Source of the DNA: Dehalococcoidia bacterium
Lineage (GTDB): Bacteria > Chloroflexota > Dehalococcoidia > UBA2979
Reading direction: 5' to 3'
DNA: 64,000 nt
NCBI GenBank assembly: GCA_963667465.2
Contig: CAXXDN010000002.1
Coordinates: forward strand, 1,440,001-1,504,000
A program made the translations under genes and the position numbers. This document shows, one piece after another, positions 57,907 to 64,000 of the stretch. The notes under the pieces were generated by a model, which had not been told where the DNA came from, made no database searches, and saw only the letters and a program-made list of their open reading frames with translations. The number at the start of each line of letters is the position of its first letter. Position 1 is the stretch's first letter.

Positions 57907-58986
57907 ATGAACGAGCCGACCCTGTTGACCCCGGAACGAGCCCGATCGCTACAACGGCTGCTGCTGGTGCTGGCGATCCTCGCGGGCCTCGCGGCGAGCG
58001 TGATCGTGCTCGCCTCACAACCCGTCACGGACTTCCTGCGCGAGGGCCCGGCGCGCCTGCTCCCGTTCGAGGGTGGCGCGGCGCGCGTCGTGCTCGGCCT
58101 CGGCGCGGCGCTTGCCACGATCGTCGCCGGCGCGGCGCTCTGGCGCGGCGTCTCGATCGGCTCGGTCGTCGTCGCAGCGATTGCCGGCGGCGTCGGGTTC
58201 CTGCTCATTCATGTGCTGCTGACGCCAGCGATCGGGCTGTTCACGCTCAGCATCCTTGCCTGCGTCGGAGGGCGCACATCGCGGCTGCTGTTGGTCGAGG
58301 CCGGCCCGGGCCGCTACCCGCTGCGCTGGGCTGCCGGCCTGGTCGTCGCCATCGCAGGCCTCGTTGTCGCTGGCGTGATCAGCTACTGGCTCGCCTCGCC
58401 GCTCTGGGACGAGGGCGCGACGCTCGACGAAGACCTCGGCTTCGAGGTCGCCGGCATGCCGACGGCGAGCCCCACGGCTGCGGCAGGTGCTGCCGCCACG
58501 GAGACGGCGACCGCTACCGAGGCGCCGACGCAGGCCGCTACCGAGGCTGCCGCGTCGCCGACGGCGGCGAGCGCTGAGTCCTCGCCGGCCCCGACCGAAG
58601 AGGCGGCGGCGACCGCGACGGCGGCGACCGCGACCGCGACGCCCTCGGGGCAGGGCTCGCTGATCTCGATGGGCGAGCTGATGGGCGCGGACTCGTTCCA
58701 CACGGGGAGCGGGCAGGTGCTGCTGGTTCGTGCCCCGGACGGCTCGGTGATCCTCCGCTTCCAGGACTACGCCGTGCGCAACGGGCCCGACCTGTTCATC
58801 TACCTCACGCCCGACCCCGACGGCGACGTGTTCGCCGAAGGCGCGATCGAGCTGAGCGAGATCCGCGCCACGCAGGGCAACGTGAACTACGAGGTGCCCG
58901 ACGATGTCGACCCCTCGACGTTCCGTGCCGCGGTGATCTGGTGCAAGGCATTCGCCGTGCTGTTCGCGCACGCGGAGCTCGAATAG
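57907..58986 (+). CDS. Membrane protein with C-terminal DM13 domain
   Basis: Several TM helices, Ala/Thr/Glu/Pro linker, HTGSG...NGPDLFIYL...GNVNY...VIWC. Confidence 0.82.
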   Translation: MNEPTLLTPERARSLQRLLLVLAILAGLAASVIVLASQPVTDFLREGPARLLPFEGGAARVVLGLGAALATIVAGAALWRGVSIGSVVVAAIAGGVGFLLIHVLLTPAIGLFTLSILACVGGRTSRLLLVEAGPGRYPLRWAAGLVVAIAGLVVAGVISYWLASPLWDEGATLDEDLGFEVAGMPTASPTAAAGAAATETATATEAPTQAATEAAASPTAASAESSPAPTEEAAATATAATATATPSGQGSLISMGELMGADSFHTGSGQVLLVRAPDGSVILRFQDYAVRNGPDLFIYLTPDPDGDVFAEGAIELSEIRATQGNVNYEVPDDVDPSTFRAAVIWCKAFAVLFAHAELE

Positions 58987-59005
58987 GTCTCGCAGCCCGT
59001 CCGGT

Positions 59006-59126
59006 CCCCTCTCCCCCGGCGGGAGAGGGCCAGGGTCAGGGGGACTCCAGCGTCCCGCGTGCGACCGAACCATCGAGGGCGCTTGCGTGTCTGGTGTGGG
59101 GGGCTGCGCCCCCACACCCCCATCCG
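59006..59126. repeat. Family B copy (reverse) plus partial family A hairpin
   Basis: CCCCTCTCCCCCGGCGGGAGAGGG...; GTGGGGGGCTGCGCCCCCACACCCCCATCC. Confidence 0.8.
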
Positions 59127-59172
59127 AAGGGCTCCGAGGAGCCAGTCCCGCGCCCCGACGGAGCCGAAGCCC

Positions 59173-59949
59173 TCAGGAGATGCCCCCGCCTCCGTCGATC
59201 GCGAGCGTGTGCCCGGTGATGTGGTTCGCCAGGTCCGAGGCGAGGAAGACGGCGCCCGCGCCGAACTCCTCGGGCGGGGCCAGCCGTTTCAGCAGCCCGT
59301 AGTCCGACACGCGCTCGCTCTCGCGGTCGGGGTCCATGTTCTTCGTCCGGCCCGCGCTGTCGACCCCGCCGGGGGCGATCGCGTTGACGCGAATCCCGTA
59401 GGGCGCCCACTCCGCCGCCAGCTCCCGCGTCAGGCCGAGGATGCCCGCCTTCGCCGCCGTGTAGGAGGCGATGCCGATGCCGGTCGACTTGAAGGCGGCG
59501 TTCGAGGAGGTATTGACGATGCTGCCGCCGTGGCCCTCCTCGATCATCGCGCGCGCGGCTGCCTGGCTGCCGATGAAGGCTGCCTTGAGGTTCATGCGCA
59601 GGACCGCCTCGAAGCCGTTCTCCGAGACATCGAGGGCGGGGAGTTGGAAGTTGCCACCCGCGTTGTTGAACATCGCGTCGATGCGCCCGAAGTGCTCGCG
59701 CGCGCCCGCGACGAGGGCGCGGATGGAGTCCGCCTGGCGCACGTCGGTGGGGATGAAGTGCGCCTGCCCGCCGGCCTCGCTGATCTCGGCCGCGGTTCGC
59801 GCCCCGGTCTCCTCGTTGATCTCGCCGATCACGACGCTCGCGCCGGCGTCGGCCGCGCCGATCGCGATCGCGCGGCCGATGCCCTCACCGGCGCCGGTCA
59901 CGACGGCGACCCGGCCGTCCATGCGGATGCCGTCCATCAGGTAGCCCAT
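59173..59949 (-). CDS. Short-chain dehydrogenase/reductase
   Basis: TGAGEGIG, NNAG, YTAAK. Confidence 0.92.
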   Translation of the reverse strand: MGYLMDGIRMDGRVAVVTGAGEGIGRAIAIGAADAGASVVIGEINEETGARTAAEISEAGGQAHFIPTDVRQADSIRALVAGAREHFGRIDAMFNNAGGNFQLPALDVSENGFEAVLRMNLKAAFIGSQAAARAMIEEGHGGSIVNTSSNAAFKSTGIGIASYTAAKAGILGLTRELAAEWAPYGIRVNAIAPGGVDSAGRTKNMDPDRESERVSDYGLLKRLAPPEEFGAGAVFLASDLANHITGHTLAIDGGGGIS

Positions 59950-60030
59950 GCCTCGCCCCTCTCGCAGCGCACGTCACCATAGCGCGGCGCGGCGCACGGC
60001 TATACTGCCGCTCGCGGCCAGGGGGCGCTG

Positions 60031-60783
60031 ATGACTGTTCGCTTCGAGGACAAAGTGGCTCTGGTGACCGGAGGCGGCTCCGGGATCGCGCAGGCCGTCA
60101 GCCTGCGCTTCGCGGCCGACGGCGCCAGCGTCGCCGTCGCCGACATCGACCCCGACGCCGCGCGCGAGACCGCCGCGACGATCGCGGAGCAGGGCGGCAC
60201 GGCAACCGTCATCGAGGGCGACGTGACCAGCTCCGCCGGCGCCGAGCGGATCGTCGCCGAGACCGTCGCGGCCTTCGGGCGGCTCGACATCCTCGCCAAC
60301 GTGGTCGGCGGCAGCCTCCCACAGTTCAGCGTCGTCGACCTGCCGGAGGCGGAGTGGCGCGACCTGCTCGAGCTGAACCTGACGAGCGTCTTCCTGATGT
60401 CGAAGTACGCCATCCCGCACATCGCCGAGGCGGGGGGCGGGGCGATCGTCAACGTCTCGTCGGGATCGGGCGTCTCCGGACAGCCGCTCAACCCCGGCTA
60501 TGTCGCGGCCAAGGGCGGGGTGATCGCGCTCACCAAGGGCATGGCGCTGGACCACGCCGCCCAGAACATCCGCGTGAACTGCGTCGCACCGGGACCGGTG
60601 CTGACGCCGCTGATGCGGCGTAACCGCACGCCCGAGGAGATCGAGGGCTTCGGGCGGCTGAACCCGCTCGGCCGCGTGGGCCTGCCCGAGGAACTGGCCG
60701 CTGCCATCACCTACCTTGCATCCGATCAGGCCTCGTTCATCACGGGGCAGACCGTGAACGTCGACGGCGGCGTGAACCGCTGA
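60031..60783 (+). CDS. Short-chain dehydrogenase/reductase
   Basis: TGGGSGIA, YVAAK, RVNCVAPG; TATACT at 60001-60006. Confidence 0.92.
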   Translation: MTVRFEDKVALVTGGGSGIAQAVSLRFAADGASVAVADIDPDAARETAATIAEQGGTATVIEGDVTSSAGAERIVAETVAAFGRLDILANVVGGSLPQFSVVDLPEAEWRDLLELNLTSVFLMSKYAIPHIAEAGGGAIVNVSSGSGVSGQPLNPGYVAAKGGVIALTKGMALDHAAQNIRVNCVAPGPVLTPLMRRNRTPEEIEGFGRLNPLGRVGLPEELAAAITYLASDQASFITGQTVNVDGGVNR

Positions 60784-60802
60784 GCGGGGGAAGACGGCAA
60801 CG

Positions 60803-61390
60803 ATGACGAGCGAGACCGACATCCTTCGCGACGACGTGATCCGCATGGTCGAACGGGAGCCCGCCAGCCTCGAGGAGCGGGTCGCGCGCCTCGAGGCGAA
60901 AGAGGCGATCCACGACCTGATGATGCGCTACGGCCACTTCTCCGACGCCCGCGACACCGAGGGCGTCCTCGCGCTCTACAGCGACGACGTGGAGCGCGTG
61001 CTCACGGGTACCCTCGACGAGCGCGTCAAGGGCAAGGACACGCTGCGCGAGCTGTACCGCAACCCCGTGCTGCCGACGCGGGACGGGAAATCGCTCGGCG
61101 AGGCCTCGCGCTACCGGCGCGGGCGCCGGACGACGGTCCGGCACATGTTCGCCGCGCCGCTGATCCGGCTCTCGGACGACGGCAACGAGGGCTGGCTGAC
61201 TTCGTACTTCACGCTCGTGCGCAGCGTCGCGAGCGACGAGGGCTTCGAGCGCCACGTCCACGAGGGCACGTACACCTTCGCGTTCGTGCGCCTCGATGAA
61301 GGGTGGCGGATCAGCAAGATGATCGTCGACACGGAGATCGGGCATGACCGCGGGTACAACCCCGCGGCGACGAAGGAGGCGAGCGCGTGA
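60803..61390 (+). CDS. SnoaL/NTF2-like family protein
   Basis: LEERVARLEAKEAIHDL, RHM, GTY, GWRI. Confidence 0.85.
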   Translation: MTSETDILRDDVIRMVEREPASLEERVARLEAKEAIHDLMMRYGHFSDARDTEGVLALYSDDVERVLTGTLDERVKGKDTLRELYRNPVLPTRDGKSLGEASRYRRGRRTTVRHMFAAPLIRLSDDGNEGWLTSYFTLVRSVASDEGFERHVHEGTYTFAFVRLDEGWRISKMIVDTEIGHDRGYNPAATKEASA

Positions 61391-62505
61391 TGGCAGAGAT
61401 CCCGACCACCTGCAAGGCAGCCGCGATGGTCGGCGCGGGCAAGCCGATGGAGCTGATCGACGTGCGCGTGCCGCAGGAACTGGAGCCCGGCGGCATCCTC
61501 GTGAAGATGTCGATGGCCTCGATCTGCGCCACCGATGTGCACGCCTGGGAGGGCTCCTCCTCCTTCGCGGAGGACGAGTTCCCGAGCATCCTCGGCCACG
61601 AGATGACCGGGCGCATCGCGCGCAGCGAGGGCCGCACGCACGACTCGATCGGCACGCCCCTGCGCGAGGGCGACCGCATCGTCTGGACGCACGGCTTCTG
61701 CGGGAGCTGCCTCAACTGCACGGTGGAGCACGAGCGCACGCTCTGCCTCAACCGCCGCCGCTGGCACGGCTCGACCGAGGAGTTCCCCTACCTCACCGGC
61801 GGCTTCGCCGAGTACGGCTACGTCTTCCCTACCTCGGGCTGCGTGCGCGTGCCGGACGACGTGCCGGACGAGGTCGCCGCCGCCGTCTCCTGCGCGCTGC
61901 GCACCGTGATCCACGGCCTCGACCGGGTCGGCGAGCTGGACGACCGCCATCGCGTGGTCATCCAGGGCTCCGGTCCGCTCGGCCTCTTCACGCTCGCCCG
62001 CGTCGTGACCGGCGGACCGCCCGACCCGATCGTGATCGGCGGGCCGAAGCGCCGCCTCGAGCTCGCCCGCAAGTGGGGCGCCGGGCACACGCTCGACATC
62101 GACGAGGTCCCCGATCCCGCCGAGCGTCACGCGCAGGTGATGGAGTGGACGGACGGCCTCGGCGCGGACGTGGTGATCGAGGTCTCCGGCGCGAAGAGCG
62201 CCTTCCCCGAAGGGTTCGCGATGCTGCGGCGCGGCGGACGCTACCTGGTGATCGGCCAGCTACACGGCGAGACGTTCCCGTTCGCGCCCTCCGACATCGT
62301 GCGCAAGCACGCGAGGATCATCGGCACGTCCTCGGCGGCGGTGCAGCACTACCATCGAGCGCTCGAGTTCGTGCGCCGCCACCGCGACCGCTTCGACTGG
62401 ATGGAGATGATCTCCAACCACTACCCGCTGGAGCGGATAAACGAGGCGATGGCCGGGATGCAGCGGTGGGAGGAGATCAAGCCGGCGATCACCTTCCCGG
62501 ACTAG
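61390..62505 (+). CDS. Zinc-dependent medium-chain alcohol dehydrogenase
   Basis: ICATD, GHEMTG, CGSCLNC...C, GSGPLG; GTG at 61387 is an alternative start. Confidence 0.92.
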   Translation: MAEIPTTCKAAAMVGAGKPMELIDVRVPQELEPGGILVKMSMASICATDVHAWEGSSSFAEDEFPSILGHEMTGRIARSEGRTHDSIGTPLREGDRIVWTHGFCGSCLNCTVEHERTLCLNRRRWHGSTEEFPYLTGGFAEYGYVFPTSGCVRVPDDVPDEVAAAVSCALRTVIHGLDRVGELDDRHRVVIQGSGPLGLFTLARVVTGGPPDPIVIGGPKRRLELARKWGAGHTLDIDEVPDPAERHAQVMEWTDGLGADVVIEVSGAKSAFPEGFAMLRRGGRYLVIGQLHGETFPFAPSDIVRKHARIIGTSSAAVQHYHRALEFVRRHRDRFDWMEMISNHYPLERINEAMAGMQRWEEIKPAITFPD

Positions 62506-62566
62506 GCAGCTGGTTCTTGCCCTCTCTCCTGGGGAGCGAGATTCCGAAGCCGAGTGCGCGTCTGCT

Positions 62567-62820
62567 GTGGGGGGCTGCGCCCCCCCACACCCCCATCCCG
62601 GACGAGCACGCGCTGCGCGCGGCTCTGGCCCACCCACCCGCCCTCGGATTTCTTTCTGTGGGGGCTACGCCCCCACACCCCCTCGGTCCTGTCGAGGATG
62701 CACCCGGCTCCTCAGGCCGGTCCGGCACCGTCTCGTCGTTCCGGCTCCCCCTCCTCGTCATTCCGGCGGAAGCCGGAATCCATCCCTCTTGCGGGGGGCC
62801 GCGCCCCCCACACCCCCTGG
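62567..62820. repeat. Composite cluster: full family A copy (reverse), family C copy, extra family A hairpin
   Basis: A 62567-62682; C 62757-62782; GGGGGCCGCGCCCCC near 62794. Confidence 0.88.
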
Positions 62821-62994
62821 TCGGGAACCTTCCGGAGATCCGCTCCCCTCTCCTCTGAGGGGCTGGTCGAACCCCATTCGAGCAAGGGGCCTCGCGGCAG
62901 CCCCTGCCGAACGGCCCGCGATCAGCGCGGGCAGGTGGTATAACCAACCGTGGCGCGCGGGGCGCGCGCTCGCCGAAAGGGGATCCCACCAGCA

Positions 62995-64000
62995 ATGACA
63001 ACTACCGAGGAACGACAGTTCCCCAAGATCAGCGACGAGGGCCTGGCCGGCCTGCGCGCGCGGCGGGGTATTCCCGCGATGCGCGGCGACCGCCAGAAGT
63101 ACACGCAGATCAACGCCGACGCCGTGCGCGGCTTCTCGCTCGGCGCGGGCGACACGAACCCGCTCTATACGAACGAGGACTATGCCCGGAACTCACGCTG
63201 GGGGACGATCGTCGCGCCGCCCTGCATCCTGCTCGGGGCCGGCATCCAGGAAGGCCGCGACCTGACCAGCGCCGAGCGCGAGTCCGGCCGCGGCGGCGGC
63301 CTGCCCGGCGTCCACGGCATGTACTCCGGCCACGACTGGGAGTGGTACCAGCCAATGGTTGAGGGCGACCGCATCTACCGCGTGCAGTACGAGGCCGGCT
63401 TCTCCCTGAAGCAGGGCCAGTTCGCGGGCCGCCAGGTGCTCCAGCACATGGAGACGCTGTACCGCAACCAGAACCACGAGGTCATCTGCAAGGCCGTGCA
63501 CTGGCGCTTCCGCACCGAGCGCAACACCGCCGCCCAGCGCAAGAGCGTCTTCCGCGAGCCGACCGTCTGGTCCGACGAGGAGCTCGCACGCATCGACGAG
63601 GCCTACGCCAACGAGATCCCGCGCGGCGCCGAGCCTCGCTACTGGGAGGACGTGAACGTCGGCGACGAGATGGGCGAGATGGTGCGCGGGCCCTTCCGCA
63701 TCACCGACGCCGTCTCATGGGAGACCGGCGCGGGTGGTCCCTACGCGCGCACCGGCCGCTCCGACTACGAGTTCCGCCAGCGCCACTCCGGCGCCTACGC
63801 CCGGGACAAGCAACGCGTCTGGGACATTGTCGAGCGAGTGCACTGGGAGGACGACTTCGCGCGCGAGGTCGGTGTCCCTGCGGCCTACGACTACGGCGCG
63901 CAACGCATCGCCTGGAGCGCCAGCTTCATGACCAACTGGATGGGCGACGACGCCTGGCTGAAGCGGCTCTGGGTCCAGATCCGCAGGTTCGGCATCATCG
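62995..64000 (+). CDS. Double hotdog (MaoC-like) dehydratase, paralogue of 51688-52989, runs off the window end
   Basis: GDTNPLY, GRGGGLPGVHGM, RYWEDV, YDYGAQR, TNWMGD; missing from the ORF track because no stop lies in the window. Confidence 0.85.
   Translation, partial: MTTTEERQFPKISDEGLAGLRARRGIPAMRGDRQKYTQINADAVRGFSLGAGDTNPLYTNEDYARNSRWGTIVAPPCILLGAGIQEGRDLTSAERESGRGGGLPGVHGMYSGHDWEWYQPMVEGDRIYRVQYEAGFSLKQGQFAGRQVLQHMETLYRNQNHEVICKAVHWRFRTERNTAAQRKSVFREPTVWSDEELARIDEAYANEIPRGAEPRYWEDVNVGDEMGEMVRGPFRITDAVSWETGAGGPYARTGRSDYEFRQRHSGAYARDKQRVWDIVERVHWEDDFAREVGVPAAYDYGAQRIAWSASFMTNWMGDDAWLKRLWVQIRRFGII

Overview
A very GC-rich, densely coding bacterial chromosome segment. It shows heavy paralogue expansion of catabolic enzymes: 6 SDRs, 4 luciferase-like oxidoreductases, 2 family III CoA-transferases, 2 thiolase/OB-fold pairs, 2 EthD proteins and 2 double-hotdog dehydratases. 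This content suggests Chloroflexota (Dehalococcoidia/SAR202-like) or a similar lineage, which is inference only. Recognisable housekeeping modules are DAHP synthase, PduO, an M16 peptidase pair, ppk2, tal-pgi/gnd/ROK kinase, LigC with Prim-PolC, a Fur-family regulator with a cbiMNQO-type ECF transporter, a YeeE-TusA-rhodanese sulfur module and tRNA-Lys(TTT). I saw no CRISPR array, transposase, integrase or phage genes. The most interesting signals are non-coding. (1) A c-di-AMP riboswitch precedes a KamA-like radical-SAM aminomutase and has a 5' segment complementary to its own conserved core. (2) An unassigned ~225-nt element at 5376-5600 has multiple stems and a possible pseudoknot. (3) A dispersed modular repeat combines GNA-triloop DNA hairpins with a conserved G-quadruplex motif and clusters with two other palindromic repeat families. 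Start codons were chosen by eye. All family assignments come from motif recognition, not database searches.
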